A DNA stretch of 64,000 nucleotides from Herpetosiphon gulosus (GTDB lineage Bacteria > Chloroflexota > Chloroflexia > Chloroflexales > Herpetosiphonaceae): positions 194,427-258,426 of the forward strand of contig NZ_BAABRU010000004.1 in NCBI RefSeq assembly GCF_039545135.1. The letters run 5' to 3'. This document shows positions 38,369-48,624 of this stretch, one piece after another. The first letter of the stretch is position 1. Each line of letters opens with the position of its first letter. The notes under the pieces were generated by a model that ran no database searches, was not told where the DNA came from, and saw nothing but the letters and a program-made list of their open reading frames with translations. Made by a program: the position numbers and the translations under genes.

Positions 38369-40894
38369 CTACTGCATCAACGGTACGCGCAGATAATCGT
38401 TGGGAATAAACAAGCTGCCTTGGGTGATACCCTGCGGCGCTGCATTGCGCAATTGCTCGGCCAAAACACTGCTTGGTTGCTGGCCTTGCAAGGTGCGATC
38501 AAAGGCTGCGATGATCGCGGCTACTTGTTCAGCCGTTTCGTGCACAAATTCCAAGCGATAATGCACGATTCCGGCGGCTCGCCAGGCATCAAGATGCTCC
38601 ACGGCAGTTTGAGCTTCAGCCCCAAAAACCGTATTGCGACAGCCCACGTCGGCCATCACCGGATGCGCCCGCCCATTCAGATCACGCAACTCCACCCGAT
38701 GCTTCTCGCAGGGATGGCCGCAATCTTTGAAGCTCGTGCCATTTGAGAGGAAGCGGCAAAACACACAGTGCTCGGTATGGAATACAGGCAAATGTTGATA
38801 GGCGATCACTTCAACTGCTGCACTGCCCAATTGCTGAGCCAAAGCCGTCACTTGGGCCGCATTCAAATCGTGGGTCGGCGTAATCCGCTCTAGGCCTAAT
38901 TCGAGCAGGGTGTTGGCAGTAATGCTATTGGCGGCATTCAGGCTAAAATCGCCAATCAAGGCGGGGTGTTGCTCCTGGCGCAAGGCTTCGAGCAAGCCCG
39001 TTGAACGTACCACAATTTCGCAACCAAGCTTGAGCAAAAAGTGGATAATCCGTTGCTCGCTGGGTTTGAGCACCCGTGGGCTAGCGACACGCACCGTAAT
39101 TCCATGCGATTGGACTAATTCGACCGCTGGCTTCAACCCATACAATTCCAAATAATCGAGGGTGATGCTGGCAGGTTTGGCGGCGATTGCTGCTTGCAAT
39201 TGCTCAGGCGTGCGCACCAAAATATGCAATTGGGGAGCATTGCTTGGGTTTGGTGCTGCTTGAACCGCTTGTTGTGCTTGGGCCAAAACCTCAAGTGGCG
39301 CTTGGATTTGGCGGATTGGCGCGGCGGCTTGCAAGGCACTAAGTTGCTCGATCGCTTGGCGGCGCAGGTTATTCAGCAACGAGCTTGGCACAAACGGCTG
39401 ACCGCTAATATCGATGCTCATTTCGGCCAAACTATAGGCGGTGTTGCCCAAACGGCTGGCTTGATCAAACAGAAATTCGTTGGTCAAGCCGCGATTTTGC
39501 GAGCGTGGCAATGGCTCAGGTGATTGCACGGTTACGCTGAATTGAGGATAATTGCTGACCGTCCAGGTTAATTGTAAAGGCTGGCCTTCGTGGGCAACCA
39601 CATGCAGTTGCAATGGTTGTTTGGCGACAGGCGCGGCGGCCTCTAAAAATGGCTTGGCAGCGCGATCAAGCTCAGGGTCGTGGCTACGCCAAATCAAATC
39701 GCCGATGCGAATCCGATTGGGCTTGATTGCTTGCGGGCCGAAGCGTAATTCAATTTCGCCGGTTGGCAAGGCTTCGATTCCATAAATTCGCCCGCCTTCT
39801 TCACGTTCTTCAGGGCTGCGCCAGTTGGCGGCATCAAATACCACGCCATCGCCAGCCTTGAGTGGAGCAATCACGTGATTTTCGTGGGGCTTGAGCACAA
39901 TCCGTTCGCCATAGATATCGCTGACATAGCCAATTAATACGCCACGGTGACGCGGTGCACGGCCATTGACCACGGTTTGATGATTGGTTCCGCCAATGAA
40001 AAATGTGCCCAAGCCGCGTGAATAGACTTGCTCTAATTGCAACTCTTCGGCAGGCGTGATGCTCAAGGGCAAGCCAGCCCAAGCCTCATCAACCGCCTTG
40101 CGATAGGCGCTAGTGGTCAAGGCCACATAATCGGCATCTTTGTAGCGGCCTTCGATCTTCAGCGACGAAATACCCAATTTGATAATATCGTGCATCAAGG
40201 GCACGGCATATAAATCGCCGGGTGAGAGCAAATAACGGGCATCGGCCAAGGGTTTGTGTTTACCATCAACCAACAATTGGTAGGGCAAACGACAGGCTTG
40301 AGCACATTGGCCGCGATTGGCACTGCGCCCGCCCCAGGCTTCCGAGGAGAAACATTGGCCAGAATACGAGACACACAAGGCTCCATGGACAAACATTTCT
40401 AGCTCGCAATCGGTGGCTTGGCGAATTGCGGCAATTTCAGCCAGCGATAATTCACGAGCTAAAACCACCCGATTAGCCCCAAAACGACGGGCTAATTCAA
40501 CACCCTCGGCGCTAGTGATGCTCATTTGGGTGCTGCCATGCACTTCCATTTCGGGGGCAATTTGGCGGGCAAGTTGGGCAATACCAATATCTTGCACAAT
40601 CACCGCATCGGCTCCAGCCTCGGCAATCGCCGCCAACGAGCGGGTGGCTTCGCGCAGTTCGTGTTCAAACACCAAGGTATTGAAGGTCACAAACCCACGC
40701 ACACCGCGTTGATGCAGGGTACGCATTACTTCGGGTAATTCGCTCAAGGTAAAGCCCACCTTAGCGCGGGCGGTAAAATGCTTCAAACCAAAATAAACCG
40801 CATCTGCACCTGCTTCGATTGCGGCATGCAACTGCGGCCAATAGCCCGCCGGACTCATCACCTCGGGCTTGGAAAAACGGCGTTGTTCGCTCAT
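38369..40894 (-). CDS. U32 family peptidase (collagenase-like, PrtC/YegQ family) with C-terminal extension
   Basis: N-terminus AGADAVYFGLKHFTARAKVGFT...GVRGFVTFNTLVFEHEL, and the conserved E-x-F-x-H-G-A-L-C-V-x-Y-S-G-x-C region (EMFVHGALCVSYSGQC). Confidence 0.85.
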   Translation of the reverse strand: MSEQRRFSKPEVMSPAGYWPQLHAAIEAGADAVYFGLKHFTARAKVGFTLSELPEVMRTLHQRGVRGFVTFNTLVFEHELREATRSLAAIAEAGADAVIVQDIGIAQLARQIAPEMEVHGSTQMSITSAEGVELARRFGANRVVLARELSLAEIAAIRQATDCELEMFVHGALCVSYSGQCFSSEAWGGRSANRGQCAQACRLPYQLLVDGKHKPLADARYLLSPGDLYAVPLMHDIIKLGISSLKIEGRYKDADYVALTTSAYRKAVDEAWAGLPLSITPAEELQLEQVYSRGLGTFFIGGTNHQTVVNGRAPRHRGVLIGYVSDIYGERIVLKPHENHVIAPLKAGDGVVFDAANWRSPEEREEGGRIYGIEALPTGEIELRFGPQAIKPNRIRIGDLIWRSHDPELDRAAKPFLEAAAPVAKQPLQLHVVAHEGQPLQLTWTVSNYPQFSVTVQSPEPLPRSQNRGLTNEFLFDQASRLGNTAYSLAEMSIDISGQPFVPSSLLNNLRRQAIEQLSALQAAAPIRQIQAPLEVLAQAQQAVQAAPNPSNAPQLHILVRTPEQLQAAIAAKPASITLDYLELYGLKPAVELVQSHGITVRVASPRVLKPSEQRIIHFLLKLGCEIVVRSTGLLEALRQEQHPALIGDFSLNAANSITANTLLELGLERITPTHDLNAAQVTALAQQLGSAAVEVIAYQHLPVFHTEHCVFCRFLSNGTSFKDCGHPCEKHRVELRDLNGRAHPVMADVGCRNTVFGAEAQTAVEHLDAWRAAGIVHYRLEFVHETAEQVAAIIAAFDRTLQGQQPSSVLAEQLRNAAPQGITQGSLFIPNDYLRVPLMQ

Positions 40895-41341
40895 GAAGTT
40901 CCTAAATCTATTGTGGTAGCAATTGGGATTGCATGGGATTAATCATCGTTGAGATTAAGCTTAACACATTTTAGCCAATTGGTTATTTCACGATCTTCTC
41001 TTTGAGCCATGATATCGGTTCTCTAGCTCCTCGTTTCGCCACCCTTCCGTCCCTCCGCCGGAGGGAAACACAGTGGGTTTTCATCCCCCTGCACCCCCTA
41101 AAGTTCAATTGTTGATTTGCAGTGGTTGCCTGATGAACCTAAAGTTGTGTGATTCCCGATCTCCAGCCTTCGCGATCTTCGCGTTCTTTGCGGTTTCGGT
41201 AACTAATCTGGCAATCCCTATGATTCCAAATGTGCCCAAGATTGTGCATCAAGCATGGCCCAACTTCTGCTACAATAGAAGTGGGAACCGTGTGTTGATG
41301 CGTGCAAAGTCGCATCCTTGAGATCAAAAGGAGTCCATACA

Positions 41342-41944
41342 ATGGCTTTTGAACTGCCAGCGTTGCCCTATGCAACCGATGCCTTAGAAAAAGCAATCGA
41401 TGCGCAAACCATGGAAATTCACCATGGCAAGCACCACGCTGCCTACGTGAATAACCTCAACGCTGCCTTGGAAAAATATCCCGAATTGCAAAGCAAATCA
41501 TTGCACGAGTTGATCAGCGATTTGAACAGCTTGCCCGAAGATATTCGCACTGCTGTGCGCAATAACGGCGGCGGCCACGCTAACCACAGCTTGTTCTGGA
41601 ACATCCTCAGCCCAAACGGCGGCGGTGAACCAACAGGCAAACTTGGCGATGAAATCAACGCCACCTTTGGCTCACTCGATGCCTTCAAGGAACAATTTGC
41701 TAAGGCTGCAACCACTCGCTTCGGCTCAGGCTGGGCTTGGTTGGTGCGCACCAGCGAAGGCAAATTGGCCGTAACCAGCACCGCCAACCAAGATTCACCA
41801 GTTATGGAAGGCCAAACTCCCTTGTTGGGCTTGGATGTTTGGGAACACGCATACTACTTGCGCTACCAAAACCGCCGCCCCGACTACATCAAAACCTGGT
41901 GGGAAGTCTTGGATTGGAACAAAGTCGCTGAAAACGATAAGTAA
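41342..41944 (+). CDS. sodA: Fe/Mn superoxide dismutase
   Basis: [16 protein letters not shown]...[14 protein letters not shown] and DVWEHAYYL metal-ligand motifs. RBS AAAGGAG is present. Confidence 0.9.
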   Translation: MAFELPALPYATDALEKAIDAQTMEIHHGKHHAAYVNNLNAALEKYPELQSKSLHELISDLNSLPEDIRTAVRNNGGGHANHSLFWNILSPNGGGEPTGKLGDEINATFGSLDAFKEQFAKAATTRFGSGWAWLVRTSEGKLAVTSTANQDSPVMEGQTPLLGLDVWEHAYYLRYQNRRPDYIKTWWEVLDWNKVAENDK

Positions 41945-42014
41945 GTCTGATTAACCACAGGTTTGAGCACGGGTGGTTGTTGCCATCCGTGCTTTTGAGT
42001 TAAGGAGCATACGA

Positions 42015-42416
42015 ATGGCTTTTTGGTTGCTCAAAACTGAGCCAAACGAGTTTAGTTGGGATGATTTGCTGCGCGATGGTTCGACGGTTTGGAATGGAGT
42101 AACCAACGCCCAAGCCTTAATTAATCTCCGGGCCATGCAGCTTGATGACCAATGTTTGATCTATCATAGTGGCGATGTACGGGCAGCTGTTGGCATTGCA
42201 CGAGTTAGCCGCACCGCCTACCCCGACCCCAACAGCGAAAATCCCAAGCATGTAGTAGTAGAAATTGAGCCAGTTGGTCCGCTTGCTCAGCCGGTAAGTT
42301 TGGCTCAGATCAAAGCCGAGCCAAGCTTGGCCGATTGGGCCTTGGTACGCCAATCGCGGCTTTCGGTTGTGCCATGCAGCCCCGAACAATGGGCTTGGAT
42401 TATCGCCCAAGATTAA
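42015..42416 (+). CDS. EVE (PUA-like) domain protein
   Basis: MAFWLLKTEPNEFSWDDL...VWNGVTNAQALINLRAMQLDDQCLIYHSG matches the EVE/DUF55 signature. RBS AAGGAG precedes the ATG at 42015. Confidence 0.8.
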   Translation: MAFWLLKTEPNEFSWDDLLRDGSTVWNGVTNAQALINLRAMQLDDQCLIYHSGDVRAAVGIARVSRTAYPDPNSENPKHVVVEIEPVGPLAQPVSLAQIKAEPSLADWALVRQSRLSVVPCSPEQWAWIIAQD

Positions 42417-42518
42417 TGCTCACCATGCCGTTACCAGATTGGGAACAATCTAGCTAGCTAGCACGTTAGGCTAGTGCAATTGCAAACAACGAGAACGTTC
42501 TCCCGTGGAAATCTGGCA

Positions 42519-43139
42519 ATGGAGCTAAAATACATGATCCGTCAATCAATTCTCGGTTTGGGACTTGGGCTGTGTGCAAGCCTCTTGATCGCTTGTGGCG
42601 CGAATCAGCCAACCGCTGTGCCTGCGGCCAATATGGCCAATCCTGCTTCAGCATTTTGTACTCAAAACGGCGGTACTCACAGCATTCGCCAAGATGCTGC
42701 TGGCAATCAAACGGGTTTTTGTGGTTTTCCCGATGGCAGCGAATGTGAAGAATGGGCCTTTCAGCGTGGCGAATGTCGCCCAACCAGCCAAAATCAAGCA
42801 AGCAGCGATGCCAGCGTCAAACGATTGACCATGCAAGATAACAATAGCAAAATTACCCTGAAAAAAGGCGAAATCATCGAAATTGTGCTGGAAAGCAATC
42901 CCAGCACGGGCTTTGCTTGGAGCACTGGCCCTGATGCTGGCAAACTATTGCAGCAACAAGGCGCAGCGCAATTTCAATCCTCAGACCCTAATCCGAAACC
43001 AGGCTCTGGCGGCACTGAAACCTTCTATTTCCAAGCAGTCGAAGTTGGCTCAGGCAGTTTTGCCTTAGCTTACCAGCGTGGCTTTGAGAATACTGACCCC
43101 AACCAACTCTTTTTAATTGAGGTTGAGGTTACCGAATAA
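42519..43139 (+). CDS. Lipoprotein with DUF333-like Cys-rich domain and chagasin-like (I42) protease-inhibitor domain
   Basis: Lipobox LLIAC|G. NPASAFC...GFCGFPDGSECEEWAFQRGEC pattern. NPSTGFAWS motif resembling I42 NPTTGYxW. Confidence 0.55.
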   Translation: MELKYMIRQSILGLGLGLCASLLIACGANQPTAVPAANMANPASAFCTQNGGTHSIRQDAAGNQTGFCGFPDGSECEEWAFQRGECRPTSQNQASSDASVKRLTMQDNNSKITLKKGEIIEIVLESNPSTGFAWSTGPDAGKLLQQQGAAQFQSSDPNPKPGSGGTETFYFQAVEVGSGSFALAYQRGFENTDPNQLFLIEVEVTE

Positions 43140-43185
43140 CCAGACTTGCCAAGCAAACCCTTCTCTCGCTTGTGGGAGAAGGGTT

Positions 43186-43872
43186 TTACTTTGGTTTGGT
43201 GGTGATAATTGCCGCCACCCGCAAGACTTGATTGCTGGTGCTTGTGTTGATAATCGCGATCTCCAGCTGCGGATTTGAACGCAGGCGTTTATCAATCTCC
43301 TCGTTGAGGGTTGAGCTAAGCATATTTTCAATGACCGAACCTGGGATACTCAGCCGACCATTTTCGCCTAGACCAACGTTTTCGGTTGTTACCACCAATT
43401 TGCCATCGATCGCGGCAATTTGAGTGCGGGCTTGAATATCTTGCACACCAACTAAGGGCAACGGATAGCCTAACGTGACGGTCATTGCCACTCCGCCCTT
43501 GGGGTGGTTACCCAAAATCACTTGGGGATTTTGAAAATCGGGGTTGGTAGCAATCGCCTGTTCGATATAGCTGTGATCAATATCAACGCTGATATCAGGG
43601 CGTTCATCGGGCACTGGCGATGGGGTGCGAGCCGCATTCGTGCCACCAAAAATCCATAAAGCGATAATGCCGACGAGCGGCAAGATCAAGCCTGTGCTTA
43701 AAACGCCCAGCATAAAGCTCCACCACGATTTCACCCAGCGCCGCCGTGGCTTGGCTACTTTGGCTTGCGGCAATGGTCCAGTTGCGGCACTTGGCTGATT
43801 AATTTTTGCACCACAGACAGTGCAATGCTGGGCTGTATCCCGAACGTTGGCTTGGCACGCGCTACAAATCAT
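43186..43872 (-). CDS. Hypothetical zinc-ribbon membrane protein
   Basis: MICSACQ...CTVCG zinc ribbon, one TM (MLGVLSTGLILPLVGIIALWIFG), then an extracytoplasmic domain. RBS GGAGGA before the ATG at 43872. Confidence 0.55.
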   Translation of the reverse strand: MICSACQANVRDTAQHCTVCGAKINQPSAATGPLPQAKVAKPRRRWVKSWWSFMLGVLSTGLILPLVGIIALWIFGGTNAARTPSPVPDERPDISVDIDHSYIEQAIATNPDFQNPQVILGNHPKGGVAMTVTLGYPLPLVGVQDIQARTQIAAIDGKLVVTTENVGLGENGRLSIPGSVIENMLSSTLNEEIDKRLRSNPQLEIAIINTSTSNQVLRVAAIITTKPK

Positions 43873-43903
43873 GCTTCCTCCTGCACGGATTGCGCCAGAA
43901 CAG

Positions 43904-44812
43904 TTAGCGGGCGAGATAGACGGCCACAATCACCGCTGCAATTACCAGGCGGTAAATAATAAACGGCAAAAACGAGTTGGTACGAACATAGCGTAGCAAA
44001 AAGCCAACCGCTAATGCTCCCACCACAAATGAGACGCTAATTCCAAGCCAAAAGGGTGCAGTCAATTGCGAGCTATCAATATCGCGCAATTTGAGCACAC
44101 CAGCCCCAAAGGTGATTGGAATTGCCATCAAAAACGAGAAACGTGCGGCGGTTTCGCGGGTAAAACCCAAAGCTCGACCCATAGTCATGGTGCTGCCAGA
44201 GCGTGAAACCCCAGGAATTAAGGCCAAGGCTTGAGCGCAACCAACCAACAAAGCATGTTTCCACGTTAGGTCGCTCAGTTCATAACGGCGCGGCGCAAAA
44301 CGGTCAGCGATGTAGAGCACAACCCCCATGATGCTCATCGTGCCAGCAATCACTAAATATTTATCAAGAAAATACTCTTCCGCCAAACTATCTAAGAGCA
44401 AACCCACAATTCCAGCTGGAATTGATGCCAGCACAATAAACCAAAACATGCGCCCTTGTTGGCTACGAGGTTGATGCATATGCAGCAGCAAATTCAACCA
44501 ATCGCGCCAAAAAAACAACAGCAAAGCAATTAATGTGCCCATATGCAGGGCAACATCAAAGGTTTGGGTTTGAAAAAAGGGATCTTGCCAATCAAAAAAC
44601 CATGGCACAACAATTAAATGCGCCGATGACGAAATTGGTAACGGCTCGCCCAAGCCTTGCACAATGCCCTTGCCAGCAGCAATTTGATACTGGCCAGTTA
44701 AAAAGAAGGCTGTCACAATCGTCAAAAGCAGCACAATCCCCAAGGGAATCCAGAGTTGTAAGGCCTCGCGACGTGGCGACAAGTCAGTTTGTTCGAGTGA
44801 TGTCTGAGCCAT
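43904..44812 (-). CDS. uppP: Undecaprenyl-diphosphatase (UppP/BacA)
   Basis: Polytopic membrane protein with SSSAHL and PGVSRSGSTM motifs, both characteristic of UppP. Confidence 0.8.
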   Translation of the reverse strand: MAQTSLEQTDLSPRREALQLWIPLGIVLLLTIVTAFFLTGQYQIAAGKGIVQGLGEPLPISSSAHLIVVPWFFDWQDPFFQTQTFDVALHMGTLIALLLFFWRDWLNLLLHMHQPRSQQGRMFWFIVLASIPAGIVGLLLDSLAEEYFLDKYLVIAGTMSIMGVVLYIADRFAPRRYELSDLTWKHALLVGCAQALALIPGVSRSGSTMTMGRALGFTRETAARFSFLMAIPITFGAGVLKLRDIDSSQLTAPFWLGISVSFVVGALAVGFLLRYVRTNSFLPFIIYRLVIAAVIVAVYLAR

Positions 44813-44933
44813 ACCTCATCCTTGAAATGTTCAAATTAACGATCATCGAACCGATGATCAGCGTTTGCATTATACGCAGGTTACTTAAGATGGCAACCTA
44901 GCCCAGCACTGATGACGATCAGCTTCACGCTGC

Positions 44934-45851
44934 TCACGAATGGCGTGCTAGCAAGACGACAGCTATAAGAATGAGCAAGCCACCGCCAAGTTGCCAGAAG
45001 CTAATCGGTTCGTGCAAAACGACGACCGCAGCTCCGACTGATACCAAAGGTTCCAATGCTGAGATCGTCGATCCCGCAGTCGGGCCAATCCGTTCGAGAC
45101 CAACAAAAAACATAACAATCGCCAGCACGGTGGAAATCAGGGCAATGCCAACGATTGCTAACCAGCCAGCGCTCGTTGCTGGCCACACGGGGCCACGGGC
45201 AAGCATAATCCCAATATACACCACCGCCGCCGCACTCATAATTACCGTCGATGAAGGAATGGCTCCGGCCTGCGCGGTAATTCGGCTCCCCGCCGTGATA
45301 TAGATAGCATAGATCACCGCTCCGCTGATTGCGAAAACGATGCCTAGCGGCTTACCACCACCAATCGGCCCGATTGCCAAGGCCGAGCCTGCCAATGCCA
45401 ACACGAGTGCCAGCACCATACGTGGGGTCAGTCGTTCCTTAAAAAATACAACCGAGATTAAGGTAACCAGACCAGGATAGAGATAGAGCAACACCGCGAC
45501 TAGGCCAGCCGAGGCCATGGTGAGCGCAACAAAATAGGCCATCGACTGGGCGACATAGCCGATTCCACCAAGCAGGATCAAGCCAAGCAGCAGCTTCCCA
45601 CGCGGGAGCTGCTCACCACGAACGCGCAGAATACCAACCATGACCACAGCGGCAATGCTGAAGCGCAAACATAACACCGTGATCGGTTCAGATCCGTCAT
45701 CATAGGCTAGTCGCGCAAATACTCCCAACCAGCCAAAAGCGATCGCCGAAAGCAACATGGCCGCAATCCCAAGCCAGCGCTGGCGGCGAGCGGATGGGTC
45801 GGCGTGATGGGGTGACAAAGAAACCGATGAATCATCAACAGCCTGCTTCAT
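44934..45851 (-). CDS. DMT superfamily (EamA-like) transporter
   Basis: Ten predicted TM helices arranged in two EamA-like halves. Confidence 0.75.
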   Translation of the reverse strand: MKQAVDDSSVSLSPHHADPSARRQRWLGIAAMLLSAIAFGWLGVFARLAYDDGSEPITVLCLRFSIAAVVMVGILRVRGEQLPRGKLLLGLILLGGIGYVAQSMAYFVALTMASAGLVAVLLYLYPGLVTLISVVFFKERLTPRMVLALVLALAGSALAIGPIGGGKPLGIVFAISGAVIYAIYITAGSRITAQAGAIPSSTVIMSAAAVVYIGIMLARGPVWPATSAGWLAIVGIALISTVLAIVMFFVGLERIGPTAGSTISALEPLVSVGAAVVVLHEPISFWQLGGGLLILIAVVLLARHS

Positions 45852-46161
45852 AACATCCTTTCTTGGGATGATCCAAGAGCTTTACAATTAAACATAAAGG
45901 GTCTGGATGATCGTATTCAATATTGAGGAAATTGCAAAAGACCTGTTAAATTTTTCGCCTAAAAAAGTAGCACTGACCCAATTTCAACAGACTAATGAAG
46001 GTCTGAGAATTGGATCAGCGTTCTATTATTTTTTCTTCAATGATCGCCTGATGTGGATAAATAAGCAGGTTTGCATATCTATTCGGGCAATGGGGAGATG
46101 CAATAATATAGACCGTGTAGCGCCTGCCGACCGTGCCGTCTCCACCGTTCTCGCTATTCCC

Positions 46162-46860
46162 TTATGTGCGCATATGGTTGTTCTGAATTGTTCTTATGCC
46201 CACCCGAATGGATTCACTTAGCATAACTGGTACATTCAGTCCAAACTGTGCTGCACGCAGATGCAAATCATGCAACAACCGACACGCCCGTTCAGCGTCC
46301 ATATGAACGATCTCTTCCCACTGCGCTTGGGTTGGATAGATATCCCAGATGCGTGGTTGAGGCAGGGTTGCTGGATCATGCTGCGTTATGACGACATGGG
46401 CGGCATGATAGGCCACAATACTTCTAAGTGTGGCAATCTCTGCCATAGCGAAACCGTGCCGATAGACACGCAAATACAACTGATGAATAAGGCTATGGGC
46501 GAGCTGCGGCTGAGATACGAGAAGCTGCATCCACTGCGAGCCATCAGGAACGCCATCATGGGGCAACATATTGGATGGAAAGTTCGGGTTGTCACCCATC
46601 TTGCTGGAGAGCTGCTGCGCCTCCGCTTCAATGTGCTCAAGTGTAAAAAACTGGGGAGCTGGAGTCGGCGGCAGGCCTGACCGTGATGATCGTCGCCACC
46701 AAATAAGCAGGATGGTACCGATACTCCCAATCGCCATCCATATGAGTTCCCATGCCATGAATGGTTCCTCCTTGTCATGTCTCAGGTAAAACAGCAATGA
46801 TGCGCTCCAGCACCAAGGCAGGGTTACGTCACCATACGCCCATTGTACATAACTCGCCAC
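46162..46860 (-). CDS. Hypothetical protein (N-terminal TM), tRNA-proximal
   Basis: ORF only. A likely internal start is MAWELIWMAIGSIGTILLIWW. No domain recognised. Confidence 0.35.
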   Translation of the reverse strand: MASYVQWAYGDVTLPWCWSASLLFYLRHDKEEPFMAWELIWMAIGSIGTILLIWWRRSSRSGLPPTPAPQFFTLEHIEAEAQQLSSKMGDNPNFPSNMLPHDGVPDGSQWMQLLVSQPQLAHSLIHQLYLRVYRHGFAMAEIATLRSIVAYHAAHVVITQHDPATLPQPRIWDIYPTQAQWEEIVHMDAERACRLLHDLHLRAAQFGLNVPVMLSESIRVGIRTIQNNHMRT

Positions 46861-46997
46861 AACGATGTAGCTCGGTGGTCGAGTCCCTACGATTCGACCA
46901 CCGAGCTGTCTACTCTGTCCCTAGAGGGTTCTGTGATCCAAGTTAACGTATTATCCACATTTTTGACAAAGCATACCCATACCTTAGATGAAATTAT

Positions 46998-47231
46998 GTG
47001 GCGAAGAAAATTCAAGTCACAGATTTGTCCAAGCGAACAAATATCTCTCAATCTCGAATATCGGCTATCAAAAATAACCCCTATATCAACCGCACAAGCG
47101 ATACAATTGCTCGTTTTTGTGAGGCTTTAGGGATCTCGCTGGCCGATTTTGGCGAGTTAGTTTACCTTGAAGATTCAGCGGAAAATTCAGAATCTAAAAT
47201 AGAACTGGCCCAACTTCAGCAGACTAACTAG
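46998..47231 (+). CDS. XRE-family (Cro/C1-type) HTH transcriptional regulator, GTG start
   Basis: VTDLSKRTNISQSRISAIKNN...TIARFCEALGISLADF helix-turn-helix pattern. Confidence 0.55.
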   Translation: MAKKIQVTDLSKRTNISQSRISAIKNNPYINRTSDTIARFCEALGISLADFGELVYLEDSAENSESKIELAQLQQTN

Positions 47232-47254
47232 TGTCTGATAGTTGGGCCAGTTCT
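47201..47254 (+). terminator. Perfect 15-bp inverted repeat (AGAACTGGCCCAACT / AGTTGGGCCAGTTCT) spanning the stop codon of the XRE gene; terminator-like hairpin without a T-run
   Basis: Arms read directly. The loop is 24 nt and contains the TAG stop. Confidence 0.35.
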
Positions 47255-47553
47255 ATTGCGATATACGCTTTGTGTTTGGCGACCGTCAGCTATATCGCGA
47301 GTGGAGTATCCTCTGTAAACTAACGCACCTTACCAATTGAATCGATAAAGGGGACAAGATTCTTGGCATGCTGAGATCGCTGTAGGAATGGTAGCCATTC
47401 ATGCGACCGCTGCCAGTTGTTCAGATCAGGAATACGGTGGTTACCCCTGATGATGTATTGATACCAAGCGACTGTGTTTGACGCAGTGCTTTTATTTTTT
47501 GTGCTTAATGGACAAACGCCCACATGATTACTCAGATGGACGCTTGTTGGTTG

Positions 47554-47629
47554 TGGCTCCCTGACTAGGACTCGAACCTAGGACATGCTGATTAACAGTC
47601 AACCGCTCTACCAACTGAGCTATCAGGGA
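47554..47629 (-). tRNA. tRNA-Asn (anticodon GTT), CCA encoded
   Basis: Reverse complement folds as a cloverleaf: acceptor TCCCTGA/TCAGGGA, D-arm GCTC-AGTTGGTA-GAGC, anticodon loop CTGTTAA, T-arm CTAGG-TTCGAGT-CCTAG, discriminator G, then CCA. Confidence 0.85.
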
Positions 47630-47650
47630 TTATGCATTTGTAAAAAGAAG

Positions 47651-47695
47651 TGGCTCCCTGACTAGGACTCGAACCTAGGACCCATTGATTAACAG
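47651..47695 (-). repeat. 45-nt duplicate of the tRNA-Asn 3' end (from anticodon loop to CCA, 2-4 mismatches in the variable loop): candidate att site of the integrated element
   Basis: TGGCTCCCTGACTAGGACTCGAACCTAGGAC..TGATTAACAG matches 47554-47598 of the intact tRNA. It lacks the 5' half, so it is not a second gene. Confidence 0.6.
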
Positions 47696-48624
47696 GTTCG
47701 CCTAAAATGCGAAGCAAGCACCCTGTTTCAACAGGCTGCTTTGAAGGAGGTTTGGTATTTGTTTGCTCGCCAGCAACACCACATTGCTGCAATGCACTGT
47801 CGCCCTAACCAGCATTTTCTTAGAGATCGTTAACGTTCTGCTGGAGTAGGATATGGTACGCTGAAGCCTAACTTGACTCGACACATTCGAGCTTACCAAC
47901 AGGACTATTGATAACGGGTGCTTTAGTACATCAATAGTCTTCCCATTGGCTCTAGCATGCGCTCGTTGCTAGAAACCCAATAACAGGTGGTTGATGCTAT
48001 GACACGCCACCTGCTGGATAAGCAGGACAGATGCTATGACACGCTGCTTATCACCACGCTTCATGGGAATTCAGGATCATTGAATCCATGGAGCTTTACC
48101 ATAGGTCGTCTGGGAGTCCTGCTCACCGACTTCTTTATTTACGAACGCCGCTTGCGGCCTTCATAATTCAATGCGCTCCGGCTTTAACCAATTCATAAAA
48201 GATGGCCGTTCGGAGATTGACGGCCATCGCTCGCCATCGACACAATGCAAGGTTACGATGGTTGAGTTTGATATACCCATGACCTTGACTCAGTGTGTTT
48301 CCTGTCTTCCTCACACCTATTGGTGAATGACGGTTGGCTTTGTGTTGCCGCCAATTTGGAACGGTAACCCTCGCCACAGCCCTTTGCCAGTACCAAACGT
48401 GTAGGTTGCTTTGCTATACCCAAAAAATGGCGACCGCCATTGCTGGTTGTGCAAGCACCCCTTAACGCGGTGTGTCTGAAGACCTGTCATGAGATACCCC
48501 TTTAGCACCACCTGCGGGGGTATCCCATCACATACTCTTTCCGCTCCGCGCGGCCTCGAGTCGAGTATCTGCGAACGCACACGCTATCCCAGTGGGATAC
48601 CGCGATAGATCGAGGTCATGATTA

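Noticed and set aside
41041-41100. GC-rich palindrome (CCCTCCGCCGGAGGG) upstream of sodA as a riboswitch or REP copy
   Set aside because: It does not match the recurrent REP-like unit and has no recognisable riboswitch architecture. It is likely a simple terminator or stem-loop.
42015-42416. EVE-domain protein as a modified-DNA-sensing defense component
   Set aside because: It is a standalone 133-aa EVE domain with no fused nuclease or neighbouring restriction genes. It is host-like in composition and sits beside sodA. It is probably a housekeeping PUA-like protein.
47651-47726. Second complete tRNA-Asn gene
   Set aside because: Only the 3' 45 nt match. The upstream sequence cannot form a D-arm or a 7-bp acceptor stem. 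It is interpreted as an att duplicate.
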